From the NCBI GenBank assembly GCA_030648835.1, contig JAUSGT010000003.1, positions 65,307 to 129,306 on the forward strand: a stretch of DNA of 64,000 nucleotides, read 5' to 3'. A program made the position numbers and the translations under genes. This stretch comes from Candidatus Moraniibacteriota bacterium. Lineage in GTDB: Bacteria > Patescibacteriota > Minisyncoccia > Moranbacterales > UBA1568. Positions within the stretch are counted from its first letter, which is position 1; each line of letters begins with the position of its first letter. The notes under the pieces are model-generated. The model did no database searches and was not told the DNA's origin. It worked only from the letters and a program-made list of their open reading frames with translations. Shown here in pieces: positions 46,769 through 57,244 of this stretch.

Positions 46769-49654
46769 ATGTTTAAAAAAGTGGACGCCAATGTAAATTT
46801 TCCGAAGATGGAAGAAGCCATCCTTCAGTTTTGGGATGCCGAAAAAATATTTGAAAAATCGATACGTCAGCGAGAAGGCAAGGCAGGCTATAGCTTCTAT
46901 GATGGACCGCCGTTTGCGACGGGGACACCGCATTACGGGCATATCGTGGCGAGCGCCATCAAAGACACCGTACCGCGCTACTTCACGATGAAAGGTTTTC
47001 AAGTCGAACGCAAATGGGGTTGGGATTGTCATGGCCTGCCGATCGAAAATATCGCGGAAAAGGAATTGGGCATCACGCACAAGAAAGAAATTGTGGCGTT
47101 GGGCGTAGAGAAGTTCAACGAGATCTGCCGCTCCAAAGTCCTGGAATACGTAGCGGAATGGAAAAAAGTGATCCGCCGTTTCGGCCGCTTTGCCGATATG
47201 GAGAACGCTTACAAGACGATGGACCTCGACTATATGGAATCCATCTGGTGGGTGTTCAAAGAATTGTGGGACAAAGGACTCATCTATGAAAGTTACCGGA
47301 CGATGCATATCTGCCCGCGCTGTGAGACGACCTTGTCGCAATCGGAAGTAGCGGAAGGCTATAAAGATGTGAAAGACTTGGCCGTTACGGCAAAGTTCGA
47401 GCTGGTTGACGAGCCGGGAACTTTTGTTTTGGCTTGGACAACAACACCGTGGACGCTTCCGGGGAATGTAGCACTGGCTGTAGGCAAGAGTATCAGGTAT
47501 CAAGTAGTACGTATTAAGGGAGAAAAAGAAAAGTACATTGTGGCAGAAGATAGGGCAGAGGGCCTGTTTAAAGACAGGGAATATGAAATTATTGAAGAAT
47601 TCAAAGGAGAAGAACTCGTGGGTAAATCCTACAAGCCGTTGTTTGATTATTATACTCAAGATAAAAAACTGGAAAACCGTGAAAATGGCTGGAAGATTTA
47701 TCACGCGGATTTCGTAACGACGGAAGTGGGGACAGGGATCGCCCATGAAGCGCCGGCCTTCGGTGAAGAAGATATGGAGTTGGGGAAAAAAGAAAAATTA
47801 CCTTTCGTTCAGCACGTGAAGATGGATGGGACGATGAAAGATGAAGTAACAGACTTTGCGGGAATGTCGGTGAAGCCCAAAGAAAATCCGCAGGCTATGG
47901 ATGTGGAAATTATAAAATATCTAGCTCATACAGGGCTGCTTTTTGTCAAAGAGAAATATGAGCACAGCTATCCGCATTGCTGGCGTTGCGATACGCCGCT
48001 TCTCAACTACGCGACCTCTTCATGGTTCGTCAGTGTGACGAAAGTGAAGGGGCGGGCTTTGGAATTAGCGGAAAGTATCCATTGGTCACCGGAACATATT
48101 AAAGTTGGGCGTTTCGGCAAGTGGTTGGAAGGGGCGCGTGACTGGTCTATCAGTCGGCAGCGTTATTGGGCCTCTGTTATGCCACTTTGGAAATGTGATT
48201 GCGGAGAGATGAAAGTGTTTGGTTCGGTAGCAGAACTTGAAAAGGCGAGCGGGAAAAAAGTTGCGGATCTTCACAAGCATATCGTTGATGAAATCACATT
48301 CCCCTGTGAAAAGTGTGGGGAAATGATGAAGCGTATCCCAGACGTTTTGGACACGTGGTTCGATAGCGGTTCGATGCCATACGCGCAGGCCCACTATCCG
48401 TTTGCGGACAAGGAAAAATTCGAGAAGAGTTTTCCGGCGCAGTTCATTGCTGAGGGCATCGATCAAACGCGGGCCTGGTTTTACTATCTTCATATCATTG
48501 CCACGAGCATCAAAGACAAGGGTGCCTTTCAGAATGTCGTTGTCAACGGTATCGTGCTTGCTGAAGATGGCAAGAAAATGTCGAAAAAATTGCAGAACTA
48601 TCCGGATCCGATGACCATACTGGATAAATACGGCGCGGATGTGTTGCGTTTTTATCTTCTTTCTTCACCGGTGGTGGCTGCGGAGAATCTCAATTTTTCC
48701 GAGCGTGATCTGAACGACGTCAGTCGCAATGTTTTCCGCATGTTGTGGAATTCGTACTCGTTTTTTACCACATATGCTTCCATAGATAATTGGGAACCCA
48801 AGAAAGGCGCGAAACCTTCGGAAAGTATTTTGGATAAATGGATTCTTTCGGAATTACAGCTTCTGATTCAGGAAGTGGAAAGCGCCATGGAAAAATACGA
48901 ACTTTCCAAAGCGACGCGCCTGTTCACACCGTTTATCGACAACCTTTCCAATTGGTACATCCGCCGCAGCCGCAAGCGCTTCTGGAAAAGTGAAGACGAC
49001 AACGACAAAGAAAATGCTTATCAGACTCTGTATGATGTCTTGGTGACGCTTGTAAAAGTGATGGCGCCCTTCACGCCTTTTCTCTCTGAGGAAATATTTA
49101 AAAATTTGGCTGAGGAAGAATCCGTACATTTAGCAGATTGGCCAATCGTAAAGAAAGAACTGATTGATGAGAAGTTGAATGAAGAAATGAGAACTGCGCG
49201 TGACCTCGTGACAGAAGGATTGAAACTTCGTTCCGATGCAAAAATCAAGGTGAGACAGCCACTAGGTGTATCAGGTATCAGGTATCAGGTATCAGGCGAG
49301 ATGCAGGAAATTCTCAAAGAAGAATTGAATGTGAAAAATATTGTCGTTGATGAAAAACAAATTGGAAATATCACTCTCAATACTGAAATTACTGAAGAAC
49401 TCAAACTCGAAGGGGCAGCGCGGGAAATCATTCGAGCTATCCAGGAAGGGCGCAAGAAAGCCAAATTTAATGTTGAAGACAGAGTTATTCTTGGCTATCA
49501 GGGCAAAGAAAATGTTTTTGCGAAATTTGAAAATGAGATTGCCAAAGAAGTGCTCGCGACATCTGTACAAAGAGGCAACCTTGCCGATGCCGAATACAAT
49601 GAAACTGTTGAACTGGATGGCGAACAGTTCAGTTTTTCGTTGAAAAGAGTGTAA
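46769..49654 (+). CDS. ileS: isoleucyl-tRNA synthetase
   Basis: PPFATGTPHYGHI (HIGH), GWDCHGLPIE, WTTTPWTLPGN, KMSKKLQNYP (KMSKS); in-frame GTATCAG heptamer insert near the C-terminus. Confidence 0.9.
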   Translation: MFKKVDANVNFPKMEEAILQFWDAEKIFEKSIRQREGKAGYSFYDGPPFATGTPHYGHIVASAIKDTVPRYFTMKGFQVERKWGWDCHGLPIENIAEKELGITHKKEIVALGVEKFNEICRSKVLEYVAEWKKVIRRFGRFADMENAYKTMDLDYMESIWWVFKELWDKGLIYESYRTMHICPRCETTLSQSEVAEGYKDVKDLAVTAKFELVDEPGTFVLAWTTTPWTLPGNVALAVGKSIRYQVVRIKGEKEKYIVAEDRAEGLFKDREYEIIEEFKGEELVGKSYKPLFDYYTQDKKLENRENGWKIYHADFVTTEVGTGIAHEAPAFGEEDMELGKKEKLPFVQHVKMDGTMKDEVTDFAGMSVKPKENPQAMDVEIIKYLAHTGLLFVKEKYEHSYPHCWRCDTPLLNYATSSWFVSVTKVKGRALELAESIHWSPEHIKVGRFGKWLEGARDWSISRQRYWASVMPLWKCDCGEMKVFGSVAELEKASGKKVADLHKHIVDEITFPCEKCGEMMKRIPDVLDTWFDSGSMPYAQAHYPFADKEKFEKSFPAQFIAEGIDQTRAWFYYLHIIATSIKDKGAFQNVVVNGIVLAEDGKKMSKKLQNYPDPMTILDKYGADVLRFYLLSSPVVAAENLNFSERDLNDVSRNVFRMLWNSYSFFTTYASIDNWEPKKGAKPSESILDKWILSELQLLIQEVESAMEKYELSKATRLFTPFIDNLSNWYIRRSRKRFWKSEDDNDKENAYQTLYDVLVTLVKVMAPFTPFLSEEIFKNLAEEESVHLADWPIVKKELIDEKLNEEMRTARDLVTEGLKLRSDAKIKVRQPLGVSGIRYQVSGEMQEILKEELNVKNIVVDEKQIGNITLNTEITEELKLEGAAREIIRAIQEGRKKAKFNVEDRVILGYQGKENVFAKFENEIAKEVLATSVQRGNLADAEYNETVELDGEQFSFSLKRV
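49267..49296 (+). repeat. GTATCAG heptamer tandem repeat (x4) in-frame inside ileS (encodes GVSGIRYQVSG)
   Basis: gtatcaggtatcaggtatcaggtatcagg. Confidence 0.85.
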
Positions 49655-49831
49655 GTTGAAACACTTGTGGCAAGAATCTTCCAGAGAGGCTTGAAATTTT
49701 TTCGATCCATCGTTACGATGGCACCGTGCTCGAAAAAATTTCAGAAGTGAGTGAACCGCTGGGTGAATGAGTGTCTCTCGGGAAGATTGCTTGCCATCAA
49801 ATGTTTTTGAATTACATTTTTACTTTACAAC

Positions 49832-50551
49832 ATGGAACTGCGTTACAACGCCATCGTGCTGAAGAAAAAAGAGGTGGGAGAAACCGACCGTTTGTATATG
49901 CTATATACATTGGAGCAGGGCAAGATCCAGCTGGTGGCCAAGGGAGTGCGCAAGTCGGAAGCCAAGCTGGCAGGTCAGTTGGAAACGCTTATGCAGGGGC
50001 TCGTTATCGTGGTGAAGGGGAGAGGCACGGGGAAAATAGCCGGAGCGGTGGCGGAAAAGAATTTTCCCCATCTGCGTACCGACGTGGATGTCTTGAAGCG
50101 GGTGCTCGAAACAGTCAATATTTTCAACCGGTTGGTGGATTTCGACGAGCCGGATAAAGAACTCTTTCAGTTGCTTTCGATGTATCTGACACTGGCCAAT
50201 GATTTGGCGAAAGAGAAAAAAGAGAAAGTGCTTCTCCTCACGGAAGGATTCCTTTTCCAGCTCTTCGCGCACCTCGGATATAGGATCGAAACCGGTGTTT
50301 GCGCCGTATCGGGGGAAAAATTGCATTCCGGTGAGCAGCATTTTTTTAGCCCGAGTGCGGGAGGGATGCTTATGGGGGAACATTCGTACGATACCAAAAA
50401 CGCTTTTCCTGTGAGCGAAAACACGATCAAGTTGCTCCGCCTCTTTCTCGGTAATCGTTTGGAATCTTTGTCTCGTGTCCAGGTGGACTCCAGAGAATTG
50501 CGTGAAGTGGAGCAGGTCGCCACGCGGTTTTATCAGTGGATAGAGAGGTAA
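49832..50551 (+). CDS. recO: DNA repair protein RecO
   Basis: N-terminal OB-fold pattern AIVLKKKEVGETDRLYMLYT..., C-terminal Cys/His region; 239 aa. Confidence 0.75.
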   Translation: MELRYNAIVLKKKEVGETDRLYMLYTLEQGKIQLVAKGVRKSEAKLAGQLETLMQGLVIVVKGRGTGKIAGAVAEKNFPHLRTDVDVLKRVLETVNIFNRLVDFDEPDKELFQLLSMYLTLANDLAKEKKEKVLLLTEGFLFQLFAHLGYRIETGVCAVSGEKLHSGEQHFFSPSAGGMLMGEHSYDTKNAFPVSENTIKLLRLFLGNRLESLSRVQVDSRELREVEQVATRFYQWIER

Positions 50552-50552
50552 A

Positions 50553-50720
50553 GAATATCTAATTCCTAATATCTAATACCAAATCAATAACCAAATACAA
50601 AAAATATCAAAATAGATAATAAAGAATCGGTATCGCGATCGCTTTGCGCGGTTTGGTATTGAGGCATTAAGCATTCATTAGATATTAGAAATTAGGTATT
50701 AGATATTGGACGGCTAGCGT
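50553..50720. repeat. heptamer repeat blocks flanking a short unique spacer (recO/DUF11 intergenic)
   Basis: aagaatatctaattcctaatatctaataccaaatcaataaccaaatac ... cattagatattagaaattaggtattagatattgg (inverted relative orientation). Confidence 0.8.
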
Positions 50721-50787
50721 TGTGAATAAAGCTCACATTTGATAAGATAGACATATTGGAAAATCAACACACAGCATCTCTAAACTT

Positions 50788-52728
50788 ATGGCTCTTGAAG
50801 AATTGAACGAAAAATTGCACGGGCGCGATATTCATCTTGATCGAGCTCGGCCCCATACGGCTTTTGACCCCGGACAGATAGTGGTTGATCCACATGTTTC
50901 GGCCCAGTTCAAAAAAACGGAAGAGTGGCAGGCACCGGTGGCGGAAGAATCACTATCGACAGCAGAGCTGGCGGTAGTGGCCACTCGGGAACATCGGTGG
51001 CGGAAGTGGGTGGCTATCGGATTCGGGGGTATTGCTCTTCTCGCGTTTGCTTTGGGAATCGTTTACAAGATACACGCGATGCTTTTTGACGAAACGCGTG
51101 TTGTAATATCCATCACCGGGCCGAAAGATGTCGCCAGCGTCGAAGAAACTACTTTTACTGTCGCATATTCCAATAAAAATTGGGCCGGACTTGCCAATGC
51201 CACACTGGTTTTTTCCTATCCGGATTCATTTCATTTACAGGCCGGGAATTCAGCGCAGATAAAGGGTTCCTTGGCGGAAATTCCTCTTGGGGAAATCAAG
51301 GCGAATACGGAGGGAAAGATCCTTGTCACGGGAAAATTTTATGGATCCAAAGGTGACCTGGTACCCCTCAAGGCAACCCTGCGTTATTCGCCGAAGAATG
51401 TCGCTACTGTTTTTGAAAAGACCGCGCAATTTGTCGTCAATGTAGGGTCTTCTCCACTCTCGTTTGAGATTACGGCGCCACTTGAGCTGGCTACGGGTCA
51501 GGATGTGGTATACGTCGTTGATTACGCCAATAAAAGTGATGTATCATTTCCCAATCTGCGGGTGAAAATGGAATACCCCGATGGGTTCCAATTTGTCAGT
51601 TCGGAGCCGAAACCTTCCGAGGGGCAGTCTGTCTGGTATGTAGGTAACTTTGACGCGCAGGCCAACGGAAAAATTACTATCCGTGGCGTGCTTTCCGGCG
51701 CGCGCGAAGAGCACAAGAGCGTGCAAGGGATGATCGGGTTTTTTCAGGGTGAAGGAAAGTTTGTCGCGTACGCGGAAAATGAGCGGCAGACACGGATTAT
51801 CGCGTCTCCGCTTTCCATTTCCCAAACAGTCAACGGGTTGACGGATATCGCTGTCAATCAAGGAAACACTTTGCGGTATGTGATTCGCTTCAGAAACGAC
51901 GGCGATGTTGGCGTACGCGATGCCATTGTCACCGTAGATATCGATCCAACCATGCTCGATATGAGTCGGTTAACACCGGGAAACGGCGCTTATGACGCGG
52001 CGCGCAAAGTTATTATTTGGAAAGCCTCGGGTGTTTCAAGTCTCGGGAAACTTGAACCGGGGGCGGAAGGCGAAGTATCCTTCTCTGTTCCTGTGGCGGA
52101 AAAAATTGTTGTAACCGGTGAAAAAAATATTTCCGTCAAAACCGTTGCCAGGATTGATAGTCTTGATATACCGACGCCGATAGGATCGAATAAGATTATT
52201 AGCAGCAATACGCTCTATGTGAAACTGAAATCCGCTGTGGGTATAAGCACGGCAGTTTTGTATACCGATACCCTTTTCCCCAATAGTGGTCCGGTCCCGC
52301 CGAAAGTCGGAGAGTTAACGAGTTACACAATACACTTGAGTGTAACCAATTCTCTGAATGACCTCAGACAAACACGCATTTCGGCTATTCTCCCAACCGG
52401 CGTTCATTACAGTGGAAAGTATGCCAAGACAGAAGAAACGGTCACTTTCAATGAACGTAGTAATGAGCTTGTCTGGGAATTGGGGACATTTGCTGCGACA
52501 GAGGGGAAGCCGCGTGAAATTGTTTTTCAGGTGTCTGTTACCCCGAGTCCGGACCAGGTCGGAGAAAGACTGGTTCTGGTGAGTAATATGGTTTTTACTG
52601 CTCAAGACACATTTACCAATCAGGAGATTCGTATCGAAAAGGATAAACAGGATAATTTTCTCAGTGGCGACACCGTATACAACTCTTCTTTTAATGGGAA
52701 TGTGAGTGTAGTGCAAAGAGCCGATTAA
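50788..52728 (+). CDS. membrane-anchored surface protein with ~4 DUF11-type (conserved repeat) beta-sandwich domains
   Basis: Single TM at ~residues 70-95; repeated pattern L-Y-I-x-NxG-x-A-x-V-x-V-D-x-P-x-G ... W-x-G (e.g. TLRYVIRFRNDGDVGVRDAIVTVDIDP). Confidence 0.6.
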   Translation: MALEELNEKLHGRDIHLDRARPHTAFDPGQIVVDPHVSAQFKKTEEWQAPVAEESLSTAELAVVATREHRWRKWVAIGFGGIALLAFALGIVYKIHAMLFDETRVVISITGPKDVASVEETTFTVAYSNKNWAGLANATLVFSYPDSFHLQAGNSAQIKGSLAEIPLGEIKANTEGKILVTGKFYGSKGDLVPLKATLRYSPKNVATVFEKTAQFVVNVGSSPLSFEITAPLELATGQDVVYVVDYANKSDVSFPNLRVKMEYPDGFQFVSSEPKPSEGQSVWYVGNFDAQANGKITIRGVLSGAREEHKSVQGMIGFFQGEGKFVAYAENERQTRIIASPLSISQTVNGLTDIAVNQGNTLRYVIRFRNDGDVGVRDAIVTVDIDPTMLDMSRLTPGNGAYDAARKVIIWKASGVSSLGKLEPGAEGEVSFSVPVAEKIVVTGEKNISVKTVARIDSLDIPTPIGSNKIISSNTLYVKLKSAVGISTAVLYTDTLFPNSGPVPPKVGELTSYTIHLSVTNSLNDLRQTRISAILPTGVHYSGKYAKTEETVTFNERSNELVWELGTFAATEGKPREIVFQVSVTPSPDQVGERLVLVSNMVFTAQDTFTNQEIRIEKDKQDNFLSGDTVYNSSFNGNVSVVQRAD

Positions 52729-52732
52729 ACAG

Positions 52733-53911
52733 ATGTGCGATGGGAAAAATATGTTGGTATGGCAACAACAAAAAAATAGCGGTGGGCGACGCGTCGGAAT
52801 GCTCACTACGAAATCCGGAGTGTTGCAAACTCCGTTTTTTATGCCAGACGCGACGCGCGCGACGGTGCGGGGAGTGACTTCGGATGAATTGAAAATGAGC
52901 GGCACCATGGCGCTCGTTGTGAATACGTACCATCTGATGCTTCAGCCGGGGGAAAGCCTTGTGAGGCGCGCCGGCGGTGTACATACGTTTATGCATTGGG
53001 ACAGGCCGATTCTCTCCGACTCGGGAGGTTATCAGGTATACTCGCTTATTCACAAGAATCCACAGATGGGGCGGATCACGGAGGAAGGCGCGGAATTCCG
53101 TTCGGTTCTTGATGGAACCAAACATTTGCTCACGCCGGAGCGGGCCATCCAAATCCAGTTCGATCTCGATGTCGATATGATGGTGGTTCTCGACGATCCG
53201 CGGCCCAATAGCGCTCCGGAAACAGAAGTAAGAGAGGCGGTAAAGCGGACTTTGCGTTGGGCACAGCGCTCCAAAACAGAGTATGAAAAACAAGTTGCCC
53301 TTCGCGGGTTAACGGGGGAAATACGTCCGCTGCTCTTTGGAGTGGTGCAGGGTGGCATGTTTCGGGAAGAACGCAAACGCTGTGTGGAAGGATTGGTCGA
53401 AATCAATTTCGATGGCTATGGTTTTGGAGGGCGGCACATCGATATGGAGGGAAATTTTTTGGAAGATATCCTCTTGTATACCGCTTCGCTCATTCCGGAG
53501 GACAGCCTGCGTTTTGCGCTCGGTGTCGGAACGCCGGAGGATATCGCTCGGTGTCATGCGCTCGGTTGGGATATGTTCGACTGCGTGATACCGACGCGCG
53601 AAGGGAGACATGGCCGTTTGTTCGTTTGGAAAAGTGAAGTCATTCCGAGCGTGAGCGAGGAATCTCGAGATTCTTCAGCTGCGCCTCAGAATGACAGAAA
53701 TTTTTACACGACAATAAATATCTCAAATGCGCAGTATGAAGAAGATTTTTCTCCGGTCGATCCGACATGCGATTGCGAACTGTGTACGAAATACACGCGC
53801 GCCTATCTGAAACATCTTTTCAAGGTTGGTGAACCATTGGCTGCGCGGCTTGCCTCGCTGCATAATCTTCGCTTCTACGCGAAGCTGATGGATCTCCTAC
53901 AAAAAGGATAA
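52733..53911 (+). CDS. tgt: queuine tRNA-ribosyltransferase (start possibly 52751)
   Basis: TPFFMPDATRATVRGV, LSDSGGYQVYS, zinc site CDCELCTKYTRAYLKHL; contains a ~45-aa low-complexity insertion. Confidence 0.9.
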   Translation: MCDGKNMLVWQQQKNSGGRRVGMLTTKSGVLQTPFFMPDATRATVRGVTSDELKMSGTMALVVNTYHLMLQPGESLVRRAGGVHTFMHWDRPILSDSGGYQVYSLIHKNPQMGRITEEGAEFRSVLDGTKHLLTPERAIQIQFDLDVDMMVVLDDPRPNSAPETEVREAVKRTLRWAQRSKTEYEKQVALRGLTGEIRPLLFGVVQGGMFREERKRCVEGLVEINFDGYGFGGRHIDMEGNFLEDILLYTASLIPEDSLRFALGVGTPEDIARCHALGWDMFDCVIPTREGRHGRLFVWKSEVIPSVSEESRDSSAAPQNDRNFYTTINISNAQYEEDFSPVDPTCDCELCTKYTRAYLKHLFKVGEPLAARLASLHNLRFYAKLMDLLQKG

Positions 53912-54215
53912 AAGCGCTCTCATTTTTGAGTAGCGCTTCAGAGCGTTGGGAATTGCCTCCTGTGGGTGGGGAACCGGTAGGGCGGATAAACCCTTCAAAC
54001 AGTTTTAGCAGTCGGATATTTTCCGGGTGCGGATAATAGTGTACGAACTCCCGTTGCAAGTCGATGCACTTTTGTAATAAACGCTTTCCCTCCGCATCGA
54101 GCATGACGTATCCGGCACCAATCTGGTCGTGGTGGGCGAATGCTTTCCACAAAGCGCCGATACGCCGGATGTATTTGGTAACACGTTTTCTGCGGATGCT
54201 CTTTTCCGTTTTCAT
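53820..54215 (-). CDS. hypothetical basic protein (start at MKTEKS; ATGA-coupled to upstream small membrane protein); 3' end overlaps tgt convergently
   Basis: ORF only; the translational-coupling geometry is supportive, the 90-nt convergent overlap is suspicious. Confidence 0.25.
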   Translation of the reverse strand: MKTEKSIRRKRVTKYIRRIGALWKAFAHHDQIGAGYVMLDAEGKRLLQKCIDLQREFVHYYPHPENIRLLKLFEGFIRPTGSPPTGGNSQRSEALLKNESAFILFVGDPSASRRSEDYAARQAAQPMVHQP

Positions 54216-54409
54216 TCGACCTCCGGAGGGGTAGGTTGTCTTTCTTGCGGGAAGAGTAAGGGCCACACTAGTACAGCCGTGAATACATACGCGGACAGGA
54301 TGATGGCAGGGAGGTCTTGCATCGCAATTTTTACAAAACCGAGAAGATGAGCAAGCAAGAGCCCCGAAAGACAGACAAGACCGAGACCGCCAATAATTGT
54401 TTTGATCAT
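54212..54409 (-). CDS. hypothetical 65-aa 2-TM membrane protein (start at MIKTIIGG)
   Basis: AGAGGA located 5 nt upstream of ATG; two hydrophobic helices. Confidence 0.4.
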   Translation of the reverse strand: MIKTIIGGLGLVCLSGLLLAHLLGFVKIAMQDLPAIILSAYVFTAVLVWPLLFPQERQPTPPEVE

Positions 54410-54520
54410 GAGTTCCTCTGTCGGTAGGTGTGGGTTGAAAAAACAGGGGTTTCCCTGTACTATGAACTTGTTAAAGAATGATGCAAATGTACAGAAAATA
54501 AGCCTTTTTGTCAAAAAAGT

Positions 54521-55861
54521 ATGGCAGAAGAAAAAAACGATTTAATGGAGAAAATTGTGTCGCTGTGCAAGCGCCGGGGTTTTGTATTTTCGGGGAGTGA
54601 TATTTATGGCGGTCTGGCTAATTCTTGGGACTTTGGGCCGTATGGCGCCCAGCTCAAGAAAAATATCAAAGATCATTGGTGGAAATTCTTTGTAGAAAGT
54701 CGTGATGATATGGTAGGTCTGGATGCTGCTGTTATTATGAATCCCAAAGTGTGGGAAGCCAGCGGTCATACAGGAAATTTTTCCGATCCACTTACTGAGT
54801 GCGGTAGTTGTCATACACGTTTTCGGGCCGATCAGATTGATATGAGTCAGCCCTGTACGCATTGTGGCAAGGGAAAGTTGGTAGAGCCGAAAAATTTCAA
54901 CCTCATGCTGAAGACATTCCTCGGACCGACAGAAGAGACGGCTGATGTGGCTTATCTCCGACCTGAAACGGCACAGGCCATGTTTATAGATTTTGTGACG
55001 GTGCAACAAACCAGTCGCAAAAGGTTGCCTTTCGGGATAGCGCAGATGGGCAAGGCTTTTCGTAATGAAATCACACCCGGCAATTTTATTTTCCGGACGC
55101 GTGAATTTGATCTTATGGAATTTGAGTATTTTTTCAATCCCAAGAAAAGTAATTGGGAAGATCTTTTCGAAAATTGGAAACAAGCCATAGAAGAATGGAT
55201 GAAAGCGGTGGGTATTGATATGGAGCGGGTGAAAGCGGTGGAAATCCCCGATGGTGAGCGAGCACACTACTCCAAGCGCACGATTGATTTTGAGTTTTTG
55301 TATCCGTTTGGTCAGAAAGAACTTTTTGGTCTGGCGTATCGGACGGATTATGATCTCGCTCAGCACGAAAAAGCCAGTGGCCAGGAACTCCGTTATCTGG
55401 ATCCGGAAACCAACGAGAAAGTTCTCCCACATGTCATTGAACCGGCATTTGGCGCCGATCGAGCGATGCTGGCTATCCTCCTTTCTTCCTACGTGGAAGA
55501 AAAAGGCGACGAAGAGATTCGAGTAGTGCTGAAACTGCCGAAGAAACTCGCGCCGGTGAAGGTGGCGGTGTTTCCACTTATGAAAAACAAACCGGAACTG
55601 GTGGCCAAGGCCAAGGAAATATTTGACACTCTCAAAGGAGATTTCACTTGCGAATTTGATGATAATGGCAATGTGGGCAAGCGCTACCGTCGCCAGGACG
55701 AGATCGGTACGCCGTACTGTGTGACGGTGGACTTTGATACGATCGGAGCAGGGGAAGACAAATCGCTCGAAGGCACCGTCACTGTTCGTGACCGCGATAC
55801 GATGCAGCAGGAACGCGTCCCAATAGAGCGTCTCAAAGGGTTCTTTGCGGAAAAGTTTTAG
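54521..55861 (+). CDS. glyQS: glycyl-tRNA synthetase (alpha2 dimeric type)
   Basis: GFVFSGSDIYGGLANSWDFGPYGAQLKKNIKDHWW; class II motifs; 446 aa. Confidence 0.9.
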   Translation: MAEEKNDLMEKIVSLCKRRGFVFSGSDIYGGLANSWDFGPYGAQLKKNIKDHWWKFFVESRDDMVGLDAAVIMNPKVWEASGHTGNFSDPLTECGSCHTRFRADQIDMSQPCTHCGKGKLVEPKNFNLMLKTFLGPTEETADVAYLRPETAQAMFIDFVTVQQTSRKRLPFGIAQMGKAFRNEITPGNFIFRTREFDLMEFEYFFNPKKSNWEDLFENWKQAIEEWMKAVGIDMERVKAVEIPDGERAHYSKRTIDFEFLYPFGQKELFGLAYRTDYDLAQHEKASGQELRYLDPETNEKVLPHVIEPAFGADRAMLAILLSSYVEEKGDEEIRVVLKLPKKLAPVKVAVFPLMKNKPELVAKAKEIFDTLKGDFTCEFDDNGNVGKRYRRQDEIGTPYCVTVDFDTIGAGEDKSLEGTVTVRDRDTMQQERVPIERLKGFFAEKF

Positions 55862-55876
55862 CTTGATTCGTAATTC

Positions 55877-57166
55877 TTGACTCTCTTTGAAATGAAATAT
55901 CAGAAATACACGCTTTCGAACGGCCTTCGGATAGTACTCTCGCCGATGCGGGATACGGAAACGGCGACAGTTATCGTGATGACTGGCGTGGGGTCGCGCT
56001 ATGAGACGGAAAAGGAAAATGGCTTGGCGCATTTTCTCGAGCACATGTTTTTCAAGGGTACCAAGAAGCGGCCCGATACCCATACGATCAGCAAAGAGCT
56101 GGATGCTATCGGTGCGGAATACAACGCCTATACCGCCAAGGATCACACGGCGTATTATGCCAAGGTGGAGGCGCATCACTGGGACACAGCGCTCGATGTG
56201 GTGAGCGATCTGTTCCTTAACGCCAAGTTGGAACAAGAAGAGATCGATCGTGAGCGCGGTACCATCCTTCAGGAAATCAATATGTACGAGGATATGCCGG
56301 CGCGGCGTGTCGGGGAGCACTTTGAAAGAATGCTCTATGGAACCCACCCACTCGGGCGGGAAATTCTTGGGCCGAAAGAAAACATCAAATCTTTCACACG
56401 CAAAGACTTCATCAAATATTTGAATCGCGGGTATACGGCAGAGAACGTTGTGATTGGCGTGGCTGGGAAAATCAGTCCGAGAAAAGTAAAGAGGGAAATC
56501 GAAAAACATTTTGCCCATATCCGTGTAGGCTCGAGACCGGCGTTCAAAAAAATCAAGGAACAGCAAAGTGCTCCGGTAATCTCCCTCCATCACAAGAAAA
56601 CGGATCAGACACACCTCATCGTGGGAGTGCGGGCCTATGATATGTTTCATAAAGATCGGTTTGCCCTCGCGGTACTGTCTGTCGTTCTTGGCGGCGGGAT
56701 GTCATCTAGATTGTGGATAGAAGTCCGCGAGCGGCGTGGGCTGGCCTACAATGTTTCGACCGGCGTGGATACCTACCATGATGCCGGTTATCTCGCGACG
56801 CAGTGCGGTGTCGAACACGCGAATGTGGAAAAGACGGTAGCCGTGATTCTCGAGCAGTACAGAAAGATCAGAGCGGAGCTTGTTTCCGATGAAGAACTGC
56901 GGAAAGCCAAAGAGTATATGAAGGGGCACTTCGCCCTCGGTATGGAAGGTTCGGACGATGTGGTCGGCTATCTCGTTACCCAAGAAGTCTTGCGTCACGA
57001 GGTGATGCTCCCCAAGGAGCGTATCAAGATGATTGATCGTGTCACGGCTTATGATATCCGGCGTGTCGCCAGAGATATTTTCCAGAATAAGAAACTGAAT
57101 TTGGCGGTTATCGGACCGCACACGTCGGAAGCGAAACTTTCGAGAGTATTGAGGTTGGGATTCTGA
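55877..57166 (+). CDS. M16-family zinc metallopeptidase (insulinase-like)
   Basis: HFLEHMFFKGT (HxxEH inverted zincin motif); downstream Glu. Confidence 0.85.
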   Translation: MTLFEMKYQKYTLSNGLRIVLSPMRDTETATVIVMTGVGSRYETEKENGLAHFLEHMFFKGTKKRPDTHTISKELDAIGAEYNAYTAKDHTAYYAKVEAHHWDTALDVVSDLFLNAKLEQEEIDRERGTILQEINMYEDMPARRVGEHFERMLYGTHPLGREILGPKENIKSFTRKDFIKYLNRGYTAENVVIGVAGKISPRKVKREIEKHFAHIRVGSRPAFKKIKEQQSAPVISLHHKKTDQTHLIVGVRAYDMFHKDRFALAVLSVVLGGGMSSRLWIEVRERRGLAYNVSTGVDTYHDAGYLATQCGVEHANVEKTVAVILEQYRKIRAELVSDEELRKAKEYMKGHFALGMEGSDDVVGYLVTQEVLRHEVMLPKERIKMIDRVTAYDIRRVARDIFQNKKLNLAVIGPHTSEAKLSRVLRLGF

Positions 57167-57206
57167 ATCTTGGCATGATGGAAGAAAGGGTGTAAGCTAT
57201 GAAGTC

Positions 57207-57236
57207 TTAATACCTGATACATAATACGTAATACTT
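57207..57236. repeat. heptamer repeat array directly upstream of AI-2E gene start
   Basis: taatacctgatacataatacgtaatac. Confidence 0.8.
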
Positions 57237-57244
57237 CCCGCACT

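Noticed and set aside
46721-47746. 341-aa minus-strand ORF
   Set aside because: Antisense to the N-terminal catalytic domain of ileS (HIGH region on the plus strand).
54542-56650. 702-aa minus-strand ORF
   Set aside because: Antisense to glyQS and the M16 peptidase, both of which have unambiguous motifs on the plus strand; translation is low-complexity with no recognisable domain.
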